A stretch of DNA of 64,000 nt from an uncultured Candidatus Saccharibacteria bacterium (lineage in GTDB: Bacteria > Patescibacteriota > Minisyncoccia > Phycocordibacterales > DAORIS01): assembly GCA_964644035.1 (NCBI GenBank), contig CAZXUH010000001.1:323712-387711 (forward strand). The letters are read 5' to 3'. Within the stretch, counting starts at the first letter, position 1; the number at the start of each line of letters is the position of its first letter. The notes below the pieces were generated by a model. The model was not told the origin of the DNA. It ran no database searches and worked only from the letters and a program-made list of their open reading frames with translations. A program made the position numbers and the translations under genes. Positions 43,261 to 52,348 of the stretch are shown here, one piece after another.

Positions 43261-44682
43261 ATGCAGAAAGGATACGTTCCATTGTTTCTGGCTGGCACCG
43301 TGGCTGTAATGGCGACCGGTGTCGCTGTTTTCTCTGCAAGCCTCGCAAGTATTAGTGGTCCAAAGGCTACTTATTATTCAGCCAATGCTTTGACTGGAAG
43401 TCAGAGGATCGAAAGACCAGTAGTCTCACCTATCAGTCAGTTTTGTGAAGGAAAAACTCCAAAAACCCTTATTTCTTGGAATGCTGTGCCCGGAGCAAGT
43501 TCATATTCTATTTCCCGCCTTTCACCCAAGAAATCTGGCTGGCCTCAGATAGCCAAGACAGCTTCTACTACATATATAGACGCTTCATTTGCAAGCGTAC
43601 CAGGAACATATAAATACCAAGTTATGGCTACTATAGGATCACGAAGAACATATTCTGATATACAGACAGTATATGTAGCATCATGTGCTCAAAACAGCGG
43701 CGGTGTCGTGGCGACAAGCACTGCAACTACTACCAAGCCAGTCACGCCACCTGTCGTAGTTTATCCAGCTTCAAACACACCTCCAGTGACCACAAACCCT
43801 ACAACCCCAGCGACACCTACCTCTCCAGTTGTACAACCAACCGGAGGACCTGTATTTTCTAAGAAAGAATGGGGTGTATACGTAGGCTGGCAAGAGAGTG
43901 CTATGGCAGAATTTATCTCAAAGACTGGCACCAATCCTCAGTACCAAGCAGTATTCGTACACTGGGGCAATGAAAACGAATTCCCTGTGTATTTGTCGCA
44001 ATCACTCAAAGACAGCGGCCGAACGCTTATCATCTTCTGGGAAGCTACCGACTATGAAAACACATCGGTCAATCAGCCTGCATACAACTATGATTCTGTT
44101 ATAGCTGGCAAATGGGATTCATACTTTAGAGAATTTGCTGCAGAAGCCAAGTCTTATGGCAGTCCGGTTATCATGATTCCTTTCTCAGAAATGAACGGTA
44201 ACTGGTTCCCATTTGGAGGTATGGTCAATGGAAATACTCCGGCAAAACACATCTTGGCTTTTCGTCATATTAGAGAATTCTTCCGCGATGCTCCCAACGT
44301 CAAATTTGGCTGGGCACCCAACTCTGACTCTCTTCCCGACACTCCTGAAAACCAACTCGAAAAATACTATCCAGGAGATCAGTATGTCGACTATGTAGGT
44401 GTCGATGGATTCAACTTCAATACTCCTTGGATGACCTTTGACCAGGTCTTTGGTAGTGCATTGACCCGATTACAAGCATATAAAAAGCCTATCTTCGTCT
44501 TCTCTTTTGCCTCTGCTCAGGGTACAAAGAAGGCAGCTTGGATTACCGACGCCCTCACCGTCCAAATGAAACGCTACCCAAGCATTAAAGCCTGGATATG
44601 GTTCAATGAAAACAAAGAAAAAGACTGGAGAGTCTGGTCTGATGCTGCTTCTCTTGCAGCATTCAAAGCTGGTATTCAATAG
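43261..44682 (+). CDS. Secreted glycoside hydrolase, GH26-like (beta-mannanase/glucanase clan GH-A), with N-terminal FN3/Ig-like domain and a Thr/Pro-rich linker
   Basis: IMIPFSEMNGNWFPFGG aligns with the GH26 (R/P)GHEMNGEWFWWG acid/base motif, and HWGNENE lies upstream. TP-rich linker TTKPVTPPVVVYPASNTPPVTTNPTTPATPTSPVVQP. Signal/TM at the N-terminus. Confidence 0.65.
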   Translation: MQKGYVPLFLAGTVAVMATGVAVFSASLASISGPKATYYSANALTGSQRIERPVVSPISQFCEGKTPKTLISWNAVPGASSYSISRLSPKKSGWPQIAKTASTTYIDASFASVPGTYKYQVMATIGSRRTYSDIQTVYVASCAQNSGGVVATSTATTTKPVTPPVVVYPASNTPPVTTNPTTPATPTSPVVQPTGGPVFSKKEWGVYVGWQESAMAEFISKTGTNPQYQAVFVHWGNENEFPVYLSQSLKDSGRTLIIFWEATDYENTSVNQPAYNYDSVIAGKWDSYFREFAAEAKSYGSPVIMIPFSEMNGNWFPFGGMVNGNTPAKHILAFRHIREFFRDAPNVKFGWAPNSDSLPDTPENQLEKYYPGDQYVDYVGVDGFNFNTPWMTFDQVFGSALTRLQAYKKPIFVFSFASAQGTKKAAWITDALTVQMKRYPSIKAWIWFNENKEKDWRVWSDAASLAAFKAGIQ

Positions 44683-44697
44683 ACATATCGAACAACA

Positions 44698-44731
44698 AAA
44701 AAGCTCCCAGAAATGGGAGCTTTTTCTTTTA
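44698..44731. terminator. Bidirectional intrinsic terminator between convergent GH26-like and CE4 genes
   Basis: AAGCTCCCAgaaaTGGGAGCTT flanked by A-run and T-run. Confidence 0.65.
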
Positions 44732-44747
44732 CCTAATTAGATCTGTC

Positions 44748-47700
44748 TTATGGAAGCATCTGAGCTACACCCTCATCCATTGTGACAACAGGTACCTGTT
44801 GTAGTACAAGGTAATCAACTGTTTCCTGAAGAAGTGCTGGAGTAGTACCTAGCGGGTCAGTCGAATCATTTTCGATCTGGTGATACATGAGGATGAGCCA
44901 TGTGCGATCATGCTTAGCTGTATCGATCCATGTCTTAACCTGAGAGATCGTAGTTGTATTGTCCATCTGCTGAATCTGAAGGATGAACTTGTCGGTATTT
45001 GGCTTGTTGAAACCTCGATCAACGCTGCGAGCTGAACCATACCCAGCATTCTTAAGTGTCTGAATGACCGAAGGGCTGTATTCACCGTAAGGATAGACAA
45101 ACGTATCTACTGGTGTAATACCAAGTGAAAGCAATGCTGCACGTGAATCTGCAATTTCCTGCTGAGCTTCTGCGGCCGACAATGTAGGAAGGTGTGGGTG
45201 TGTAAGAGTATGTGAACCGATTTCATGACCATCATTCCACATTTCAAGCACATTGCTTGGTGTCATGTAGATATAGACTCGATCAAGATAGGTATTGTCG
45301 ATATCAAGCTGGCCAGTTGAGCTCAATTGGTTGTAGATAACGAGAGACTGAAGGTTATCAGGCATTAGGATGCGCTTTGAGTAGAGAGTCCACGATGGTG
45401 AAGCTGGGAGATTGGCAAGATTGACTACTGATGTTGAACCGTCATTGAACGTGTACTGAGCAAATACAGCTGTAGCAGCAGTAGACTTGTAGTTCTGGCT
45501 AAAGTTGTATTCCTGTCCGCTAATAACCGTTGTTGAAGCAAATATCCACTTTGCATTTCCGTTTGTGTAGCTTGTGATCGTGACACGTGCACCCTTGCTT
45601 GAATCCATACCTGTTACTGGATAACCAAACGTTGCATTATTGGTACCTGTCTTTGACTTGAACCATCGGGTAGGACGAGTTGCGTCACCAGACTGAGCAA
45701 CTTCGAGATCTGGATTGTCGATGCGGTTTTCTCTCTGAGCAGCTGTCTGCATTTCATTGGTAATGATGTAGAAACCTGCCTTGAGACCTGCTGCATTGAG
45801 AATAGGAAGAGCATTGTCATACTGAGATGTCCAACCATCATCGAAGGTAAGGGAGACCATACCTGCAGCAAACTTATCTGTTTCTACGACTGGAGGTGTG
45901 CCTGTGAGACTAAAGTTGTCGACTTCGAGTGTACCGATACCATTGATAAGGTGAAATACGGTCATCGAAACTGCATCTGGAGGAGTAAGAATATTTGCAG
46001 TTGCTGAAATCCATGTATCAGAAGCTGGAACTGTAATGATATCTCGATACTGGAATGTGCCGTTGGCATAACCGAAACGTGCAGTGACTGTTGTATCTAC
46101 CGTAGATTTGTATCGGTTAGTGAAAACGTACTCAGTTGTTGTTGCAACTGGTACATCGGCAAAGAACCATTTTGCATCGCCATCATTGTAGCTTGAGATG
46201 GTGATTCTAGCTGCGCGTACACCATCGATACCTGTTACAGGATATGTGAATGCTGCATCATTGGTTCCCCATCCACCCTTGTTCCAATTCTGAGGCTTTG
46301 TAGCATCTGATGGATCGATAGTTTCAAGAGAAGGATTAGAAATAAGATTGACTGCTGGAGGAGGCACCGGAACGTTGTTGACTGTTACAGTGACTGGGCT
46401 AGCGTTACCGATATTACCCGCTGCATCTTCTGCATAAGCAGTAATAGTGTGCACACCATTGGTCAAGTTTGTCGTATCAATTACCTGAGAATATGGAGCT
46501 GTAGTGATGATACCCGAGTTCTGATCATCGATGAAGATGTGAACTGCAGAAACACCAACATTGTCAGTTGCGCTGACGCTGATCGTGACTGAATTGCCTG
46601 AGATCGTTGAATTGTTGTTTGGATTGACGATCGATGTCACAGGAGGAACCGTGTCTGCAACGATATTGTTTACATTGATAGTTACTACTGAAGACGTTGC
46701 ATTGTTACCTGCTGCGTCTTGTGCTGTTGCAACAAGAGTGTGCGCACCGTTGGTATAGAGTGTTGTATCAACTGCAAAACTGTAAGGTGAAGAAGTAGCT
46801 GTACCAAGAAGCGTATTGTCGATGAAGAGTTTTACGTTTGAAACACCTACATTGTCGCTTGCTGAAACAAGAGCATTGATCGTGCCTGTTGCAGAAGCAT
46901 TATTGGCCGGTGAAGAAATAGCAACTGCTGGAGCCTGAGTATCACTACCACCGCCTGTACCAGGGATAGAAAGATGATAATTGTCGATTTCAAGTGTACC
47001 AACAGAACTTACAAGATGAAATACTGTCATCGACTTTGTGCCAGCTGGAATTGCGACTGACCACGTCTTTGTTGTCCAATCTGCTGCAGCTCCTGCTGTA
47101 CCAAGCAATACGTATGAGACTACATTTGATGTTGAAGTATAACGAGCTACTACTGTAGTCTGAACTGAAGATTTGTAGGATTCTGAAAATGTATACGTTG
47201 TTGACGGCGTAACTGTTACATCATCGAAGAACCATTTTGCATCGCCATTTGAATATGAAGACACGGCAATCTTAGCTCCTCGTGCACCTTCTGAGCCTGT
47301 TGAAGGATATGTGAAGACTGAAGTGTTTGTACCCCAATTACCCTTCTGCCATTTGTTTGGCAATGCGGCATTGCTTGGATTTGCATCCTCAAGTGAAGGA
47401 TTGACGATAACGTTTGTTCCTGCTGGAGGTGGAGGTGTGACAGTGTTATTGACCGTTACTGAAACTGTTGAAGTTGCTGTCTTGCCTGTTGTGTCGCGAG
47501 CAATAGCAGAAATAGAATGGCTGCCATTTGCAATTGCAGTGGTGTTGTAAGAAACAGTGTATGGAGATGTTGTATCTTCAGCACCAGTCTGTGTGCCATC
47601 AACCAAGAAACGTACACCGGCAATCGTACCACCTGTTACTGATGCATTGGCTGCGAGATTGATCGTACCGCTTACTGTACTTGCATTGGCTGGAGATGTG

Positions 47701-48296
47701 ACAGACACCGTAGGAAGAGCCGGTGTTGTTGTACCTGAATCTGTAGGTGAAAGGAAATAATTGTCTACCGTCAATGAGCCGACTGACTTAACAAGTCTAA
47801 AGATAGTGACTGACTGAGCATTGGCAGGAGTTATAAAAGTCTTATCAAGAGTAGTCCAACCAGCTGATGCAGGGGCATCGCCAAGGTTCACATATGAAAG
47901 AGAACCGTTTGAGAGTGTGAACTGAGCAACAGTGCCTGTTGGAACAGTAGATGTATATGAACCAGTGAAATGGTAGCTCGTGTTTGGAGTAACGTTTACA
48001 GACTGGAAATACCATTTTGCATCGCCACTTGTGTATGCAGTGACATTGACTCGAGCAGCGCTCGTGCCATCGGTACCAGTGACAGGATAGGTCAAGACAG
48101 CAGTGTTGGTGCCCCAGACACCCTTTTGCCACATATTAGGCAGAGCAGGATTGCCAGAAAGAGCCTGGTTGAGATCTGCATTGGCAATGATATTTGTTTC
48201 TGCGGCAAAGACAGTTGCAGGAGTCATCGTGCTGACCGGTGTAAGGATAGCTGATGCGATAACTACTGAAACTAGGAATTTTTTAATGCTGTTCAT
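44748..48296 (-). CDS. Secreted 1182-aa polysaccharide deacetylase (CE4/NodB) with four ~150-aa CBM-like beta-sandwich modules and three Ig-like domains; one CBM-like module splits the NodB domain
   Basis: Signal peptide. The repeated module NP..LP..WQKG.WGTN...TYP.TG.DG...A.I...Y..GDAKW.F..V.V.P.T.Y.F...YKS occurs four times and ends in L(T/E)(V/I)DN(Y/F)xL. Ig-like domains: SSPANNASATGTINALVSASDNVGVSNVKLFID... CE4 motif 1 TFDDGWTS (aa ~815), then an inserted CBM-like module, then motif 2 HEIGSHTLTHPHL, VYPYGEY and ILMYHQI. Confidence 0.8.
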   Translation of the reverse strand: MNSIKKFLVSVVIASAILTPVSTMTPATVFAAETNIIANADLNQALSGNPALPNMWQKGVWGTNTAVLTYPVTGTDGTSAARVNVTAYTSGDAKWYFQSVNVTPNTSYHFTGSYTSTVPTGTVAQFTLSNGSLSYVNLGDAPASAGWTTLDKTFITPANAQSVTIFRLVKSVGSLTVDNYFLSPTDSGTTTPALPTVSVTSPANASTVSGTINLAANASVTGGTIAGVRFLVDGTQTGAEDTTSPYTVSYNTTAIANGSHSISAIARDTTGKTATSTVSVTVNNTVTPPPPAGTNVIVNPSLEDANPSNAALPNKWQKGNWGTNTSVFTYPSTGSEGARGAKIAVSSYSNGDAKWFFDDVTVTPSTTYTFSESYKSSVQTTVVARYTSTSNVVSYVLLGTAGAAADWTTKTWSVAIPAGTKSMTVFHLVSSVGTLEIDNYHLSIPGTGGGSDTQAPAVAISSPANNASATGTINALVSASDNVGVSNVKLFIDNTLLGTATSSPYSFAVDTTLYTNGAHTLVATAQDAAGNNATSSVVTINVNNIVADTVPPVTSIVNPNNNSTISGNSVTISVSATDNVGVSAVHIFIDDQNSGIITTAPYSQVIDTTNLTNGVHTITAYAEDAAGNIGNASPVTVTVNNVPVPPPAVNLISNPSLETIDPSDATKPQNWNKGGWGTNDAAFTYPVTGIDGVRAARITISSYNDGDAKWFFADVPVATTTEYVFTNRYKSTVDTTVTARFGYANGTFQYRDIITVPASDTWISATANILTPPDAVSMTVFHLINGIGTLEVDNFSLTGTPPVVETDKFAAGMVSLTFDDGWTSQYDNALPILNAAGLKAGFYIITNEMQTAAQRENRIDNPDLEVAQSGDATRPTRWFKSKTGTNNATFGYPVTGMDSSKGARVTITSYTNGNAKWIFASTTVISGQEYNFSQNYKSTAATAVFAQYTFNDGSTSVVNLANLPASPSWTLYSKRILMPDNLQSLVIYNQLSSTGQLDIDNTYLDRVYIYMTPSNVLEMWNDGHEIGSHTLTHPHLPTLSAAEAQQEIADSRAALLSLGITPVDTFVYPYGEYSPSVIQTLKNAGYGSARSVDRGFNKPNTDKFILQIQQMDNTTTISQVKTWIDTAKHDRTWLILMYHQIENDSTDPLGTTPALLQETVDYLVLQQVPVVTMDEGVAQMLP

Positions 48297-48322
48297 ATAA
48301 TTATTATTAATTAAAATAATGT

Positions 48323-48889
48323 TTATCTTGTAATTGCTACGCTTGGTGTAATTTCGAGCTGATACAGAATCTTTTCATTCTGGTCCATGGTGCCGTGATA
48401 CAAACTTATATCCGCAACAATACCGAGTCTTTCGGCAAGTCTGGCTCTTGATTCAAACGAAGAATCGATACCGCGCGCATTGAGGGTATCGATAATTGAA
48501 ACATCTTTTTTCCTCACAGCTGGCACTTCATCCTCAGGAACGATCCTAAGTCCACCAGTAAGAGCCTTGCCGCCCTGTACTGCCTCGGAAAGAATATAGT
48601 TTGGATTCTCTCGCGCAGAAGTATTGGCCGAACGCAATCCCGTGTAGACAATAGTTGAGCTGCTTGCAACAACCATTGTGAGCATGGCCGGTATGATTGC
48701 ATAGGCAAGCATTCGGCGAGGAAGCGTATCACCTTCTTTCGAAATAAGACTCTGAAAAGGTACCCACGTAAAATCGACATCAAACCAGTTTCTAACATAG
48801 ATGCGAATTTTGCGAAAGAAGTACGTCGAAACATTCACAATGAGGTGAATGATGACGAGCATACCGGTAATAGGACTAAGTGCGAACAT
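48323..48889 (-). CDS. Two-TM membrane protein with soluble C-terminal domain, in the IcaD/PgaD-equivalent position
   Basis: 188 aa, TM at about 5-25 and 60-82. Sits between the GT2 and CE4 genes with 4-26-bp gaps. Confidence 0.45.
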   Translation of the reverse strand: MFALSPITGMLVIIHLIVNVSTYFFRKIRIYVRNWFDVDFTWVPFQSLISKEGDTLPRRMLAYAIIPAMLTMVVASSSTIVYTGLRSANTSARENPNYILSEAVQGGKALTGGLRIVPEDEVPAVRKKDVSIIDTLNARGIDSSFESRARLAERLGIVADISLYHGTMDQNEKILYQLEITPSVAITR

Positions 48890-48893
48890 ATAT

Positions 48894-49913
48894 TTATGTA
48901 ATTGCTTTTCGTTCAGGCTTAAACCAGACGAGGGTTTTTCGGCGAAACACCATTTCTTTTATAAATTGCTCAAGGAATATCCATGCATTCACGAATACAA
49001 GGAAGACGTAGAGAGGTGAAAGGAGAAAAAGATCCCATCGGCGGCGGCGAATAGCGGCATATGCACCGATGAGGGCCATGAATACGAAGTAGCCTGCTAC
49101 GAAATTGGTGAAAAAACTTATATTAAGGAAAGGAAGTACAAAAAGAAGAAATGAGAATGTGATACCTTCGAAATACATCAATGACAATTCAAGAGCAATA
49201 GCCGGTCGGCTAATGATACCTCTCCAGTGCTTCATGAGGTTCTGCCAACCACCACTATTCCATCGGCGAAGCTGGTTTACATATGAATGGAGGGTGAACG
49301 GATCTTGGGTGTATACGATAGCCCCCTGTTCAAAATTGATCTTGTGGTAACCAAGGTGAAGCTTGTAGGTAAAGTCGAGATCCTCAGTAAGTGTATCGTG
49401 ATCAAACTTAATAGCATTTTTAAACGTTTCAGTTCTGAAAGCACCAGCGCAGCCAGGAATCACGAAGAGAAAACCAATATTGGCCTGTGCAGTCTTGTGA
49501 AGATCTTGACCGATAGTGTAGTCGATCTCTCGGCATGCAGTCAGCCAATTGTTCTTCATGCTTTTTACATATCCAGCAACTGCTGCAACCTTGGGATCCT
49601 TGAAGTGAGGAAGCACTTTTTCAACAAATCTCTTGTCGAGAAGTGTATCAGCGTCGGTACCGACGAAGACATCGCCTGTTACTTCCATAAGTCCCCTTTC
49701 CTGAGCATAACTTTTGTTTCCAGTTGCCTTGGCAAGCGTGACAACCTTGATCTTATTTCCAAATGTAGCGAGAATTGCACCAGTAGTATCCGTACTTCCG
49801 TCGTTGACAACGATAATTTCGTCGAATGGACGCGTTTGATTCAAGCATGAGTTGACGGTCGCTTGTATCGATCGTTCCTCGTTGTGAGCTGGAATAAGTA
49901 CGGATATTCTCAT
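48894..49913 (-). CDS. Processive family-2 glycosyltransferase (PgaC/IcaA/NodC-like beta-glycan synthase)
   Basis: VNDGSTD, GTDADT, TED and QLRRW motifs in order, plus C-terminal TM helices. Start moved to MRISVLIPAHNEE (ATG 49913); the track start is at 49979. Confidence 0.8.
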   Translation of the reverse strand: MRISVLIPAHNEERSIQATVNSCLNQTRPFDEIIVVNDGSTDTTGAILATFGNKIKVVTLAKATGNKSYAQERGLMEVTGDVFVGTDADTLLDKRFVEKVLPHFKDPKVAAVAGYVKSMKNNWLTACREIDYTIGQDLHKTAQANIGFLFVIPGCAGAFRTETFKNAIKFDHDTLTEDLDFTYKLHLGYHKINFEQGAIVYTQDPFTLHSYVNQLRRWNSGGWQNLMKHWRGIISRPAIALELSLMYFEGITFSFLLFVLPFLNISFFTNFVAGYFVFMALIGAYAAIRRRRWDLFLLSPLYVFLVFVNAWIFLEQFIKEMVFRRKTLVWFKPERKAIT

Positions 49914-50080
49914 GAAATTTATATGAAAATTGTTGATGCAACCTACCACACAAGAGCATCTGCTGTCAAGCGTTTTCATACACAGACCATTAAAAGGTAC
50001 TTTAGGGAACCGTGGCTTACCTAAGCCCTAAATCGGTGGGAGGGCTTACTTTGGTCAAAAAGTGGTGTTAAAATGGATAT

Positions 50081-50524
50081 ATGAATAAAAATGTCACAAA
50101 AATAATCATTTTATTGGTAATTATTGGTCTCATTGCAGTCGGTGCTGTACTTGCTAGTCGCAACAATACTCAGGATTCAAATATTCCTGTCGACAATACC
50201 CCTGTTGCAACCACCACAACAACAAGTACAGATACAAATGCAACAAGCACTGCTACTACAACGACAACAACTGCTACACCAACCATCACAAAATATTCTG
50301 CAGCCCAGGTTGCCACACACGCCAACAAAGAAAGTTGCTGGTCAATCATTAGAGGTGATGTCTACGACCTCACAAATTGGATTTCAAAACACCCTGGAGG
50401 TCAGCAAGCCATTCTCGGTATTTGCGGAATCGATGCTACGAAAAATTTTGACGCTCAACACAAAGGACAAGGCCGACCAGAAGCTACACTTGTCACCTTC
50501 AAGATAGGAGTACTCGCTCAGTAG
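50081..50524 (+). CDS. Membrane-anchored cytochrome b5-like heme-binding domain protein with Thr-rich linker
   Basis: N-terminal TM and a linker TTTTTSTDTNATSTATTTTTTATPT. Cyt-b5 motif YDLTNWISKHPGG...FDAQH. Confidence 0.65.
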   Translation: MNKNVTKIIILLVIIGLIAVGAVLASRNNTQDSNIPVDNTPVATTTTTSTDTNATSTATTTTTTATPTITKYSAAQVATHANKESCWSIIRGDVYDLTNWISKHPGGQQAILGICGIDATKNFDAQHKGQGRPEATLVTFKIGVLAQ

Positions 50525-50591
50525 TCAAAAATCATCGACATGTGGGTATCGTCTATGCTCATACGCAGTAATATGTGTATAATATGAGCAT

Positions 50592-50978
50592 ATGACTGAA
50601 CAACTCAATAAAAAACTTCTTATTATCGAAGACGATGATATGCTGGCTAATCTTTTGTCCAACCACTGTGTCTCACAGGGTTTTACGGTAGATATTGCAA
50701 GAGATGGCGAAGAAGGAATGAAGAAAATCTCAGAAATGAATCCTGATGCTATCATCATCGATATTGTGATGCCAAAAAAAGACGGTATTAGCGTCCTCAA
50801 AGAGCTTCACAGCAAAGAACCCAACAGCACTCGCCCAATTATCGTTCTCAGCAATTCAAGTGATATCAATCACGTTGCTACCGCAGTAGCCAATAAAGCT
50901 GCAGCCTACCTCGTAAAATCAGATCAGAGACTTCAATCGATCGTCGATACGGTCAAGCAAAAGCTTGGTATCATCTAA
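50592..50978 (+). CDS. Stand-alone response-regulator receiver (CheY-like)
   Basis: LIIEDDD, DAIIIDIVMPKKDG, LSN and AAYLVKS receiver motifs, with no output domain. Extended -10 TGTGTATAAT lies about 10 nt upstream of the ATG, so the transcript is near-leaderless. Confidence 0.8.
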   Translation: MTEQLNKKLLIIEDDDMLANLLSNHCVSQGFTVDIARDGEEGMKKISEMNPDAIIIDIVMPKKDGISVLKELHSKEPNSTRPIIVLSNSSDINHVATAVANKAAAYLVKSDQRLQSIVDTVKQKLGII

Positions 50979-50981
50979 GTA

Positions 50982-52337
50982 TTAAGACTTTTTATCAGGT
51001 ATAACAACCGTAAAGGTTGTTCCCTTTTCTGGAACTGAATCAATAGTAATATTTCCTCCATGCAGCTGAGCAATCTTTTTTGCTAAGTAGAGACCAAGAC
51101 CTGTACCATACTGTTGCGAATGTCGAGCCTTTTCTGTTCTGTGATAGCCATCAAATACGTGCTCTGTCTCTTCTTTAGACATACCAATGCCCTGATCACC
51201 TACGCTTACTAAGTGCTTACTACCCTGTTTTTTATACGAAACCAAGACCTCTCCGCCATTTTTTGAATATTTGACTGCATTTGAAATAAGATTTTCAAAT
51301 ACCTGACGTAGCTGTTCTCTGTCACCAAACACATTAGTATCTGTATCGATACTTGAATCAACCTTTAATGTTATTTGCCTACTCGATGCAGCTAGTTTCA
51401 AGCTCTCTGTAATCTCTGAAATCAGCGGAAGAAGTGGCCAACGACTAGGATTGAGTGTTACCTCCCTACCCGCTTCAAAAGCTGTGACACTCAAAAGATT
51501 ATTTATTCTACCAATCAGACCCACACAATTGTCATAGATACTGGTAATAATTTTATTTGAGTATTCATTGCTACGCTCAGCTTCTGGTTGAGAAAGAAGA
51601 TTTTCAGCTGCCCAGCGTATACCAGTGAGCGGAGTTCTGATTTCATGGGAAGTAATAGAAAGGAATTCTGCTTTTTGATCTATATATTTTCTTTCACGAT
51701 TGCGCACATATTGACCTATCGTAATAAGCAAAATAATAATGATCGTGAAAATAAGTGGCAAGCTGCTGTAAACAATCAGATCACTTATATAACCCTTAGC
51801 TGGAATATCCATACCGACAAGCGCTAGGACATTGCCAGAAGCATCCTCGAGCGGCGCATAGGCAGAAACCCATCCACCCCAACGATCAGAAGAAACCTCA
51901 AAACCATTTTGCTTGGTCTCAAAGATCTCATACATGATTGGCGTAGCCTCTTCATACAATTGCCCTGGCGGAGAGTAATCTTCAGACTCTGGATCCTCAG
52001 AATCAACATAGAAAAATAATGTACCTTCTTTTATACCATTGAGATAAATGAACCTGACATCATGATTGACTGCTCTAATCGAAGTAAGGAGCTCTTTAGT
52101 ACGAATGTATTCTGGCCGATTGAGATCGCTTTCACCTCCCTCGAGTGCCGTTATGTCACTTGGATTGATAGCTTTTGCCAACGTATTGACTCGGTCAATA
52201 AGATGCACTTCATTGACTCGATGTACGGCAAAGGCGACATAAATAGATCCAGCTATGCCAATAACTCCAAGAATACATACAATGACAGGATATATCCAAC
52301 GATTGTGGGCAGTGCCTTTATTGGGGAGCAACATCAA
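50982..52337 (-). CDS. Sensor histidine kinase with periplasmic sensor domain
   Basis: Two TM flanking a ~170-aa extracytoplasmic region. H-box ITSHEIRTPLTGI, N-box NLISNAVKYS, G1 DQGIGM, G2 GTGLGL. Confidence 0.85.
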   Translation of the reverse strand: MMLLPNKGTAHNRWIYPVIVCILGVIGIAGSIYVAFAVHRVNEVHLIDRVNTLAKAINPSDITALEGGESDLNRPEYIRTKELLTSIRAVNHDVRFIYLNGIKEGTLFFYVDSEDPESEDYSPPGQLYEEATPIMYEIFETKQNGFEVSSDRWGGWVSAYAPLEDASGNVLALVGMDIPAKGYISDLIVYSSLPLIFTIIIILLITIGQYVRNRERKYIDQKAEFLSITSHEIRTPLTGIRWAAENLLSQPEAERSNEYSNKIITSIYDNCVGLIGRINNLLSVTAFEAGREVTLNPSRWPLLPLISEITESLKLAASSRQITLKVDSSIDTDTNVFGDREQLRQVFENLISNAVKYSKNGGEVLVSYKKQGSKHLVSVGDQGIGMSKEETEHVFDGYHRTEKARHSQQYGTGLGLYLAKKIAQLHGGNITIDSVPEKGTTFTVVIPDKKS

Positions 52338-52348
52338 TATATTGTAAA

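Noticed and set aside
44849-48254. Multiple 65-95-aa ORFs in other frames inside the 1182-aa CE4 gene (e.g. 45614-45871, 46561-46758, 47311-47550, 47845-48132, 47970-48254), and similar nested ORFs inside ftsI, mreB, proS, rseP, smc and the recombinase
   Set aside because: They are fully contained in long, motif-supported genes in a different frame and have no independent signals.
48514-48834. 106-aa minus ORF nested in the 48323-48889 membrane-protein gene
   Set aside because: Alternative frame of the same strand with no start signals. The longer frame has TM helices and operon-tight spacing.
21157-50000. Prophage interpretation of the recombinase-proximal region
   Set aside because: No terminase, portal, capsid, tail or lysis genes. 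The content is Rep-like plus iterons, R-M, a repressor and cargo cassettes. This is more consistent with an integrative plasmid-like element or genomic island.
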